A stretch of DNA of 12,924 nucleotides from Promethearchaeota archaeon (lineage in GTDB: Archaea > Asgardarchaeota > Lokiarchaeia > Sigyniarchaeales > SOKP01). Made by a program: the position numbers and the translations under genes. Shown here one piece after another: positions 1 to 8,541 of this stretch. The stretch is from assembly GCA_048940925.1 (NCBI GenBank), contig JBHLOC010000074.1, positions 1-12,924 of the forward strand. The letters are read 5' to 3'. How positions within the stretch are numbered: position 1 is the first letter of the stretch; each line of letters starts with the position of its first letter. The notes below the pieces were generated by a model. The model worked only from the letters and a program-made list of their open reading frames with translations. It was not told the origin of the DNA and made no database searches.

Positions 1-1
1 T

Positions 2-1201
2 ATGAAAGAAGTAATCAATGTATTTTTTAATTTTATGTTATCAATTAATTTTATTATTCTACTCCTCTTTTTCATATTTTTATATAACATATTAATTTAT
101 TTAATTAGAGATAGGATTTATATCGAAAATTTTAACCAGCATAAAGATCCTGAAGTTGTAAATATATCAGATTTAAAAAAATTACCCCTTGTAAACATTA
201 TTATTCCTGCTTGGAAAGAGGGAAAAGTATTTGAGGATTGTCTATTATCTATTTCAAATTTAAGTTATCCCTACTTAAAGGTAATAATAAGCGCAGGAGG
301 TAATGATGATACAATTCAAATAGCTAATTCATTTAAAAAATTCAATAATTTTATTATTTTAGAACAGAAGCCTGGGGGAAAAATGAAGGCATTAAATGAT
401 TGTTTAAATTACGTATCAGAAGGCATTATTTATTCAATTGATGCAGATGTAATACTTAATGATGAAATTTTAATAAGAATGCTTTATCCCTTAATAAATG
501 AAAATCAATTTGTGACAGCAGGTAGTATTCGACCTTTAAAACTTCAAGAAAATATTGATATCGTTAAATATATAGTTATAAATCGCAATACACATTTTCG
601 AATTAAATTTTCAAGATTAGGAAGAGTTGAGATATCTGGACCGAATAGTTGTTTCAAATATGAAGTTATTAAAAAAATTGGCAATTTTTTCAATGATAAA
701 TTATTTCTTGCTTCAGATAGATTTAGAGGGCCTCTAATCTTCTCCAAAGGATTTAAAATATATTGGTTAACTGATTATCGAGGAAAAATTTTTACTTACT
801 TTCCTGACTCATTAAAAGAATATTTTTTGCAAGAATTTCGTTGGAGAATGAATTCATTAACAAATCCTTATTTGCAAAAAAAGATAAATATTTATATTAA
901 ATTCTCAATTTCTTTTCTAATTTCTTTGTATCTTTTAAGCTCTCCGTTCTTTATGTTTTTAAACATAAATTTAGCCTTAATAGGTCTTCTAATATTATTA
1001 AGCAAATATTTAAAGAAATTAAGAAAAACTATATTTTTCAAGAGAACAGTTAATAAAAAATATTATGAAAACTTTGGATTATTTTTTTTTTTTAAATTAG
1101 TAATTTATATATATATGGATGCGATAATAACTTTTTATTTAGGAATTAATTTGTTAATTACCCGAAACAAACATGGTAATATAAGGAAACAAAATATATA
1201 G
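2..1201 (+). CDS. Membrane-bound family 2 glycosyltransferase (cellulose/hyaluronan/PNAG synthase-like motif set)
   Basis: 399 aa. Hydrophobic N-terminal segment, IIIPAWKE, GGKMKALN, DAD (DxD), ISGPNSCF, a putative catalytic Asp in LASD, QEFRW (QxxRW), and further hydrophobic C-terminal segments. The ATG lies at the window edge, so the true start may be upstream. Confidence 0.85.
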   Translation: MKEVINVFFNFMLSINFIILLLFFIFLYNILIYLIRDRIYIENFNQHKDPEVVNISDLKKLPLVNIIIPAWKEGKVFEDCLLSISNLSYPYLKVIISAGGNDDTIQIANSFKKFNNFIILEQKPGGKMKALNDCLNYVSEGIIYSIDADVILNDEILIRMLYPLINENQFVTAGSIRPLKLQENIDIVKYIVINRNTHFRIKFSRLGRVEISGPNSCFKYEVIKKIGNFFNDKLFLASDRFRGPLIFSKGFKIYWLTDYRGKIFTYFPDSLKEYFLQEFRWRMNSLTNPYLQKKINIYIKFSISFLISLYLLSSPFFMFLNINLALIGLLILLSKYLKKLRKTIFFKRTVNKKYYENFGLFFFFKLVIYIYMDAIITFYLGINLLITRNKHGNIRKQNI

Positions 1202-1301
1202 AAATCTTTTTTAAAATAATTTGGTAAATTCCTCTTTCCAAGTTTAAGAATGACAATATTATTTTGATTATATCCAAATTAGATTTTTAAAATACAATAA
1301 C

Positions 1302-1319
1302 CATTTCTTTTAAGAAATG
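1302..1319. promoter_or_regulatory. 18-bp inverted repeat, possible operator
   Basis: CATTTCTT-TT-AAGAAATG: perfect 8-bp arms with a 2-nt spacer in the GT2-tagF intergenic region. Confidence 0.3.
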
Positions 1320-1419
1320 CATACCGTAGAAAATCATTATATTAAAAATTTTACCTCAAATTTTTCCTTTTGAACCTGAATATTCAATGAAATTAAAAGC
1401 ATTTTATAGTTATAGCTTT

Positions 1420-1433
1420 AGAAAATTATATAA
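1420..1433 (+). promoter_or_regulatory. Putative archaeal promoter (BRE + TATA box) for the TagF-like gene
   Basis: AGAAAA followed directly by TTATATAA (1426-1433), 25-32 nt upstream of ATG 1458, with no SD. Consistent with a leaderless transcript. The AT-rich background lowers specificity. Confidence 0.5.
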
Positions 1434-1457
1434 CAATTTGATTAATTTATGTAATTA

Positions 1458-2696
1458 ATGGAAATCATGAAAAGGGTTCTAAATAAAATCAATTATAATT
1501 ATTTTTTTCTTAAATTAGTTGAACTTTTTTCTGCGATATATAATAGGACTTTACGAAAAAATATCAATCAAAAACTCTTAATATTCGGGGGAGACCATTT
1601 TTCAGATAATAGCAAATATCTCTTTCTTTATTTAAATTCTTTTTCATCTTATAGAATTATATGGTTATCTAAATTCAAGGATGTGGTATATACTTTAAGA
1701 AAAGGAGGTTTTGAAGCATATAAAAGATTTTCTTTAAAGGCTTTTTTTTTATTATTGAAAGCAAAATATATTTTTATAACACATACTCTCACTGATATTC
1801 TACCCGTCAATTTAAATCCTTACACAAAATTAATATATCTCGCTCATGGGATTCCATTTAAAACTACTAATTTTGATGTAAAAAATTTCCAATCATTATT
1901 TCCAACCAAATTTCAACTGGAAATAATATTTAAGATGTTTAAAACAACAGAATATCACATTTCATGTTCAGACAATTTCCATGCTATTTTAAGTAATGCA
2001 TATAGAATATCAAAAAAGAGAGTGATATCAACGGGATATCCCAGAAATGATATACTTTTTATCAATGATAGACAATATATTTCTAAGATCTATGAAAAAA
2101 ATAAAATTCCTCGTTCAATTGAAAGAATTATATTATATGCTCCAACATTTAGGGAAGAAAAAGTTGCTAAATTTCCCTTGGATAGACAATTATTAAATAA
2201 GTTAAATAAGGTTCTTAAAGAATCTAAGTCAATACTTCTTTTAAAAGCTCACAAATTTGAACAAATAATTGATTTTAAAACCCTAGAGAATATAAAAATA
2301 GTCGATAAAAACCAAGATATAATGAATTTGTTATTGATATCTGATATATTGATCACTGACTATTCTTCCGTATTTCTTGACTATATTTTAACATTAAGAC
2401 CAATAATTTTTTTTGCATACGATCTTGAATCTTTTCGTAAGTTAAGAGGGTTTTATTATGGATATGAAAGTTTTATCCCTGGGCCATTAGTTAAGGATGG
2501 GATAGAATTGATTGAAAAAATTAAAACTATATCTATTTGGGCTCCAAAATATAAAGATCAATTAATTAAAGTAAAGAATTTTTCTCATAAATATCAAGAT
2601 GGTAATTCATGTTATAGAATTTGCAAATACCTGCATTTAAAATTGGATCCTGAAAAAATAAAATATCAAAAAAAATGGTATAATTTCGATATTTAA
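1458..2696 (+). CDS. CDP-glycerol/CDP-ribitol:polyol-phosphate transferase, TagB/TagF/TarK-L family
   Basis: 412 aa with the family motifs FSDNSKYLF, HGIPFK, TGYPRND, LYAPTFRE, LKAH and LITDYSSVFLDY. Both putative catalytic histidines are present. Confidence 0.92.
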   Translation: MEIMKRVLNKINYNYFFLKLVELFSAIYNRTLRKNINQKLLIFGGDHFSDNSKYLFLYLNSFSSYRIIWLSKFKDVVYTLRKGGFEAYKRFSLKAFFLLLKAKYIFITHTLTDILPVNLNPYTKLIYLAHGIPFKTTNFDVKNFQSLFPTKFQLEIIFKMFKTTEYHISCSDNFHAILSNAYRISKKRVISTGYPRNDILFINDRQYISKIYEKNKIPRSIERIILYAPTFREEKVAKFPLDRQLLNKLNKVLKESKSILLLKAHKFEQIIDFKTLENIKIVDKNQDIMNLLLISDILITDYSSVFLDYILTLRPIIFFAYDLESFRKLRGFYYGYESFIPGPLVKDGIELIEKIKTISIWAPKYKDQLIKVKNFSHKYQDGNSCYRICKYLHLKLDPEKIKYQKKWYNFDI

Positions 2697-2752
2697 ATGT
2701 ATTGTTAACAATTAATTATGATATTTCTCTTTAGATTAATTAGATTCTTAAA

Positions 2753-4135
2753 TTAATCAAAATACAATTCTTTATCATCTCTTCTAACATCAATTACACT
2801 TCCAGTTAAATTAGATAATAAAGTCTGTAGAGATACAAACGCTACTTGTTCTGGAGATAATAAAGTTTCAGGAGGTTCTTTACCGAAATGTTTAAACCTC
2901 ATTGGCGTAGCGGTTCTTTCTGGATTTATTGCATTTATTTTTATATTGTAAATTGCTAGTTCATCAGATAAAGCTTGAACTAAATTTACAATTGCTGCTT
3001 TTGATGAAGAGTATATTGAATATAGAGCTCTTCCTCTAGTATATGAACTTGAAGTAAATAATAGGATTCCTCCATTACTTTTCTTTAAATATTGTATACC
3101 AGCCTTACAAACAGCAATACTTCCAAAATAGTTTACTTTTATTTCATCAAAAATATCATCTAATAAATCTCTGTCTTCTAATTTTCCCATTCGTAAAATT
3201 CCGGCAGTATTTATAATATAATTAATTATACTTTCTTTATTGTAAGTTTCTGCCAATACCATTTTAATCTGTTCATAATTTGAGATATCTACACCCTTTG
3301 ATCTTGAAAAATTATAAACTTTCGCACCATATTTTTTTGCTATGTCTGATATTGCCTTTCCTATGCCTTTAGTTCCCCCAAAAATAACTATTACTTTTTG
3401 TTTTAATTTATGTAATGAAATTTCATCATAAATTTCAAAAGCATTTAATTGGAATAATTTATCAGCGAGAAAAACATCTTCTGAATATGTAATTTTAATA
3501 TTTTTTTGTTCTCCGTTGACAACATATATCTTCTCATGTAAGTATTCTAAAACTAATCCACAATCATCAGAAAAAGTATCTTTTTTATTATCCTCTAATG
3601 CTAGTTTATGAGCTTTTTTTATTGTTTGAAGCTTGAATCCTTGAGGGGTTTGCCCTCTCCATAAATATTTTCTATTTGGAATATTAGTAATTAATTTTTT
3701 ATTATTAATTTCGATAATAGTGTCCGATGAGGGAATGGCTACATCTACAGCATTAAAATCTCTTAAAGCTTCAATACATTCGTTTATTATTCTATTTGAA
3801 ATAAAGGGTCTTACTGCATCATGAATTAAAACTATAGCATCTTCATCTTCAATTGAATTTAAACCAATATAAGAACTTTCTTGACGAGTTTCTCCCCCAT
3901 TTAAAATTTTAATAACTTTTTTATAATTATTTTTAATTATAATTTCTTCCATCAAATCTTTATAATTTTGATGAATTACAATGATAAGATAATCAATTCT
4001 ATCATTTTTTTCAAAAATATCAATAGTATGTTCTAAAACAGTCTTACCCGCGATTTTAATAAATTGTTTAGCGAGATGATGTTTAATTCTTTCCCCAATC
4101 CCTCCAGCTAAGATTATTGTATATACTTTCAACAT
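2753..4135 (-). CDS. bcs1: Bifunctional ribulose-5-phosphate reductase / CDP-ribitol pyrophosphorylase (Bcs1/Acs1-like)
   Basis: 460 aa. N-terminal IspD/TarI domain (ILAGGIGER, KQF, GGETRQES, IHDAVRP, GQTPQGF, NIKIT) fused to an SDR domain (GGTKGIG, TSSSYTRGR, YSSSK, INPERTATPMR). The architecture and motifs match Haemophilus influenzae Bcs1/Acs1 as I recall them. Confidence 0.9.
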   Translation of the reverse strand: MLKVYTIILAGGIGERIKHHLAKQFIKIAGKTVLEHTIDIFEKNDRIDYLIIVIHQNYKDLMEEIIIKNNYKKVIKILNGGETRQESSYIGLNSIEDEDAIVLIHDAVRPFISNRIINECIEALRDFNAVDVAIPSSDTIIEINNKKLITNIPNRKYLWRGQTPQGFKLQTIKKAHKLALEDNKKDTFSDDCGLVLEYLHEKIYVVNGEQKNIKITYSEDVFLADKLFQLNAFEIYDEISLHKLKQKVIVIFGGTKGIGKAISDIAKKYGAKVYNFSRSKGVDISNYEQIKMVLAETYNKESIINYIINTAGILRMGKLEDRDLLDDIFDEIKVNYFGSIAVCKAGIQYLKKSNGGILLFTSSSYTRGRALYSIYSSSKAAIVNLVQALSDELAIYNIKINAINPERTATPMRFKHFGKEPPETLLSPEQVAFVSLQTLLSNLTGSVIDVRRDDKELYFD

Positions 4136-4250
4136 TCACTTTACTTTTAATTGATTTTTATTTATTTTAGATTTGTTATTTATATTTTTTTAAAGAATTA
4201 AATCTTTAAGTAATTTATTTAAAAACTAATTATTTAAAGATAGGATCAAT

Positions 4251-5420
4251 TTATGAAATCTTATCAATGAATTCTTTAAACATATTGATTTCGCTATCAA
4301 TAGAATATTTTTGAAGCGCATATTCTTTCGCTAAATTTTGAAGTACTTTTAATTGTCTCGGATTACTCGACCATAATTTATATAATTCATTAATTTTTTC
4401 TTTGAAATGTTTTACATTTAAATCCTTAAGAAAATAAGCAAATTTTTTTCCTTTTAAAATTTCTATTGATCCTACGGTTCTAGTACAAATTATTATTAAT
4501 CTTGCTGCTAGTGCTTCTATTATCACTCTTCCAAATGGTTCTTTACGAGAAGAGAATAAAAATATATCATTTCTTTTAAGAGTTTTTACTAAATCCTCAT
4601 GAGTTAAATATCCTAATGAACTAATAAAATTTGGAAACCTTTTTTCTAATCTTTCCACCTCTGGTTTTAAAGGTCCCACACCTATTATTTCAAAAAATAT
4701 TTTGAGATCCTTATTATCATTTAAGAATTCTTCGATTGCTTTTAGTAAAACGCCTACTCCTTTATGAATATCGTCGAGAAAGCCCAAATAGACGAACTTT
4801 AAGATATCACTTCTCTTTTTCTCTTCATCATTCTTATCAAACTTTTTTAATTCTAATCCTTCGATTAAGAATACTACTTTTTTCTTAGCAAAAAAATTTT
4901 CAAGATATTTTTTGGTATGAAGTGATATCGTATGATGATATAAATTTTTTTTAAAAAGAGAGAATAATAATATAGAAATTCGATATGTTAAATTATACAT
5001 TGATAATTTTTTTTCACTATGTAGTGGTTTATGATATCCAATAATGAATTTTTTTTGAGGATTTAATATATTAGTAAACATTAAAATCAGATTTATCTTA
5101 AAATTCCCAGCTGTTGTATAGATAATATCATTTTCTTTGACCTTTCTCATTATTTTTTTTATAGTTCCAGGATATGGAAAATTAAATTTTTTATTGAAAA
5201 GGTTAAGTTGAGCAAATTTTAATTGAGGATTTCTCTTTACTCCTCGCAATCTTTTTTCTATTTCTTCTTCCAGTAAAAACTTCTTATTAATTAATATATT
5301 CGTATCTATGAGAGTTACGTTATAATAACCACCTAATCCAGCAGCTAGTTCAATAAAAAAAACTTCTCCCCCTCGTCCGTTTTCTAACGCATTCTTAGAG
5401 AAAATTAAAATTTTTACCAT
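4251..5420 (-). CDS. Family 4 (GT-B, retaining) glycosyltransferase
   Basis: GRGGE near the N-terminus, HKGV, and the EX7E motif SRKEPFGRVIIEALA. Start placed at ATG 5420 (MVKILIFS, 389 aa) rather than TTG 5462. Confidence 0.88.
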   Translation of the reverse strand: MVKILIFSKNALENGRGGEVFFIELAAGLGGYYNVTLIDTNILINKKFLLEEEIEKRLRGVKRNPQLKFAQLNLFNKKFNFPYPGTIKKIMRKVKENDIIYTTAGNFKINLILMFTNILNPQKKFIIGYHKPLHSEKKLSMYNLTYRISILLFSLFKKNLYHHTISLHTKKYLENFFAKKKVVFLIEGLELKKFDKNDEEKKRSDILKFVYLGFLDDIHKGVGVLLKAIEEFLNDNKDLKIFFEIIGVGPLKPEVERLEKRFPNFISSLGYLTHEDLVKTLKRNDIFLFSSRKEPFGRVIIEALAARLIIICTRTVGSIEILKGKKFAYFLKDLNVKHFKEKINELYKLWSSNPRQLKVLQNLAKEYALQKYSIDSEINMFKEFIDKIS

Positions 5421-5776
5421 TTTCCTAAAAAGATGTATTTTGATATTATTTATTAAATTCAATTAATCTGTTTTTGTAATCTACCTTTAAAAAAATATAT
5501 AATTGATATTTAAGATAGTTTTCAAAATGATTAAAAATTGAAAAATTCATTGATTTTGAATTTCTTAAATAACTTCTAAATCGATCCTTTAAAACCAACA
5601 TTAAAATTTAAAATGTAAAGATTTTTATTATTGAAATAAATAACCAAAACTTAAAAATCTTAAAATTTTCATGCCCATATCCGAAAAAACCTGAAAATTG
5701 AAAGATTTATTAATATTTTGTGAAAAAAATAATAATTAAGTTAAAAATCAATCTAAAATTTCTTTTTATAGATATT

Positions 5777-6928
5777 ATGAATGATTTTATACCTATAGAA
5801 AAAGTATTAGAAGAAAATATTAGAGTTAAAGAACTAGTAAGTCAAGATTTCATAATAAAACCTGAAAATATTGACACTTATTTAAAAGAATTTGAAAATC
5901 GAACTAGCACTTTACCAAATAAAGATTATTGGAGAGAAAAAAGGATTCTTATAACTGGAATTAGTGGTTTTGCGGGAAGTCATTTGGCTGAACAACTATT
6001 AGATTTAGGATGTGAAGTACATGGAACCATTCGAAGGCATTCAGTACCTATGCATGAAAATATTGAACATTTGAGAGGGAAAATATATTTACATGAAGCA
6101 GATATTACGAGTGCGGAACGGATACTTGAGATATTTGAAAAAATCCAACCTAATGCTATTTTTCATTTAGCAGCAGAATCTTTTGTTCCGACTTCTTTTC
6201 GAGAACCTGTGAGGGTGAGTAATAATAATATTGTAGGAACAATTAAAATATTTGAAGCAGCGCGTAGATTTGATGATGACCTAGAAAGTGTTCATGTTGC
6301 CTGCAGTAGTGAACAATATGGATTAGTGGACCCAAAAGAAGTTCCCGTTGTAGAAGATTTAAAAAAAAATCCTTTTAGACCAAGAAGTATTTATGGCATA
6401 TCTAAGGTTGCAACGGAACAGATTGCTTGGTTATATCACAATTCCTATGGAGTTCCAAGCATAATCACTCGAGGATTTAATCATGAAGGACCTAGGCGAG
6501 GAATCCAATTTGTAACTAGCGTAATCCATCGCCAAGTTGTTGAAATCTTAAAGGGAAAAAGAGATAAAATTGTAATTGGAAATCCCAATTCAATTCGAGA
6601 TTTCACTCATGTAAAAGATACTGTTAATGCTTATATCTTGGTAAGCGAACAGAGAAAATATAATGAACCTTATAATGTATGTTCAGGTAAAGGGATCTCA
6701 ATTGCAGATTATGTTGAAGTAGTAAAAAAGGTATTCAATATCTCGAATCCAGTATATATAGATCCAAAACGATTACGTCCAAGTGAAGTTCCTTTACTAA
6801 TTGGTATGAATAATAAAATTGTAAATGATACAGGATGGTTACCTACGAAATCTATAATTGATATAATAAAAGATGGTGTAGAATATTTTAAAATGCATCC
6901 AGAACAATTAGGTATTGAAGCTCATTAA
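5777..6928 (+). CDS. gmd: GDP-mannose 4,6-dehydratase / GDP-6-deoxy-4-keto-hexose reductase (GMD/RMD family extended SDR)
   Basis: ITGISGFAGSHL, HLAAESFVPTSF, SSEQYG, PRSIYGISK (YxxxK), FNHEGPRRG..FVT, RPSEVPLLIG. Start placed at ATG 5777 (383 aa) rather than GTG 5720. Confidence 0.78.
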   Translation: MNDFIPIEKVLEENIRVKELVSQDFIIKPENIDTYLKEFENRTSTLPNKDYWREKRILITGISGFAGSHLAEQLLDLGCEVHGTIRRHSVPMHENIEHLRGKIYLHEADITSAERILEIFEKIQPNAIFHLAAESFVPTSFREPVRVSNNNIVGTIKIFEAARRFDDDLESVHVACSSEQYGLVDPKEVPVVEDLKKNPFRPRSIYGISKVATEQIAWLYHNSYGVPSIITRGFNHEGPRRGIQFVTSVIHRQVVEILKGKRDKIVIGNPNSIRDFTHVKDTVNAYILVSEQRKYNEPYNVCSGKGISIADYVEVVKKVFNISNPVYIDPKRLRPSEVPLLIGMNNKIVNDTGWLPTKSIIDIIKDGVEYFKMHPEQLGIEAH

Positions 6929-7026
6929 TTGAGAAAAATGAAAAATCTATTATTTTTTGATTAGTTAAGTCCTTCTATTTAATTTTACTGTAAAACTTAT
7001 TTAATTATTTTCACTTATATAAGTTA

Positions 7027-8505
7027 ATGAATAAGTCTCAAACAATTAAAGCAGTTTTCTTAATAACTATAGATGCATTAAGGGCAGATCATTTAAGATC
7101 TTATGGATATCATCGAAATACGGCACCAAATTTAGAAAGATTTGCTGAAAAAGGTAAAACTTTTTTGAATGCAATAACAAATGGACCAGAATCACCAACT
7201 GCATTTTCTGCTATATTTACTTCAATCCTGCCATTCCTCGATGGAGGCTATAGCCCACTACCTCCCCAAAAGATTACATTCCCTCAGTTAATAAAAGAAA
7301 CTGGAATTTTTACATATAGTATTCATAGTAACCCCAATCTTGGACGTTTCTTTAATTATGATCGTGGATTTGAAGTTTTCTTAGATGGAGAAAGATATAA
7401 AAGAGAGCCAAATATCGATAAGAATTTAGGAATTAAACAATTACTTAGTTTTTATGTTAAAAAAATTTTGGATTATAAATCACTCTCTGAAAAATTAATG
7501 TATAGATTAAAGGGGTTTAATAGAATAAAGGCTTGGTTAAGGAATAAAATTCCTCTTCTTACAGATATTCTATTACCTTTCACACCAATAGCTTATAATG
7601 CACCCTATGTTTCAACTAAAGTTATATCCCTTTTAAAGAAAATAAAAACACCTTTCTTTGTATGGGCCCATTTTATGGATGCTCATAGCCCATATAATCC
7701 TCCTACGAAAAATGTATTAAACTTTAGAAAAAAAGATTTTTCGATTTCAGAGAGGGATTTTTTAGTTAATAAAACTCGTTCACAGACTCATAATTCTAAA
7801 ATTTCTAAAGACATTATTGAAGATTTAATGATATTATATGATAGTGAAATTAATTATATTGACGAAAATCTAGCAAAACTTTTGAATTATATAACTAGTC
7901 ATTTTAAAGAAAATGTTCTAATAATTATTACTGCTGATCATGGGGAAAGTTTTTATGAGCATGGCGTATTTGAACACCAAGGCAGTATTTTTGAAGAACT
8001 TTTAAGAGTTCCTTTTTTTATGATAGAAATTGGGAGAATAAATCAAATTAAAATTATTAAAGATCCTGTTCAATTAATTGATATCGCTCCAACTATTCTG
8101 GATTATTATGGTTTAGAAATACCTGATAATTTTCAAGGTAGGAGTCTTTTACCTATTCTGCAGGGTAAACAATTAGAAAATGTAGATATTATATTTTCAG
8201 AATGCTATCAGAAAAATGGATTTATGAAGCGAAATCATAATGAAGGATTTATATTGCTCGCGCTAAGAAAAGAAGGCTGGAAATATATTTATGATGAAGA
8301 AAGTGAACAAGAATACCTTTTCGATCTAAAAAATGACCCTTTTGAGAAACAAAATCTAGTTAATAGCAATATGCAGAAATTAAACGAATTTCAGGAAATT
8401 AGAGATAGACATATTCAAGAAAGTATTTCATCTACTCAAGAAAAATCAAAAATAATGAAAGCAATTAATCTTATAGGTTTTAACGAATTGAAAAAAGAAG
8501 AATGA
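7027..8505 (+). CDS. Sulfatase-like hydrolase/transferase (alkaline phosphatase superfamily), non-FGly type
   Basis: 492 aa. TIDALRADHL, HFMDAHSPY, TADHGE, FEHQG, VQLIDIAPTIL, QGRSL, LFDLKNDPFEKQNL. The nucleophile region is GPESPTAFSAIFTS rather than C/SxPxR. No evident signal peptide. Confidence 0.85.
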   Translation: MNKSQTIKAVFLITIDALRADHLRSYGYHRNTAPNLERFAEKGKTFLNAITNGPESPTAFSAIFTSILPFLDGGYSPLPPQKITFPQLIKETGIFTYSIHSNPNLGRFFNYDRGFEVFLDGERYKREPNIDKNLGIKQLLSFYVKKILDYKSLSEKLMYRLKGFNRIKAWLRNKIPLLTDILLPFTPIAYNAPYVSTKVISLLKKIKTPFFVWAHFMDAHSPYNPPTKNVLNFRKKDFSISERDFLVNKTRSQTHNSKISKDIIEDLMILYDSEINYIDENLAKLLNYITSHFKENVLIIITADHGESFYEHGVFEHQGSIFEELLRVPFFMIEIGRINQIKIIKDPVQLIDIAPTILDYYGLEIPDNFQGRSLLPILQGKQLENVDIIFSECYQKNGFMKRNHNEGFILLALRKEGWKYIYDEESEQEYLFDLKNDPFEKQNLVNSNMQKLNEFQEIRDRHIQESISSTQEKSKIMKAINLIGFNELKKEE

Positions 8506-8541
8506 ATATTTTTAATAATAAATAAGATTATGACAAGGCCT

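Noticed and set aside
544-747. 67-aa minus-strand ORF
   Set aside because: Antisense shadow inside the GT2 gene with no motifs.
1202-1457. Possible pseudogene or small ORF in the long intergenic region
   Set aside because: The minus-strand frames I translated are interrupted and show no recognisable protein similarity.
2701-2712. Palindrome ATTGTTAACAAT between convergent genes
   Set aside because: Short, AT-rich and loopless; too weak to call a terminator.
2753-4135. IspD of the MEP isoprenoid pathway
   Set aside because: Fused to an SDR rather than IspF, and adjacent to a TagF-family gene; matches Bcs1/Acs1.
5421-5776. ncRNA or riboswitch in the 356-bp divergent intergenic region
   Set aside because: Extremely AT-rich with only a weak inverted pair (5521-5528 / 5553-5560); best explained as divergent promoters.
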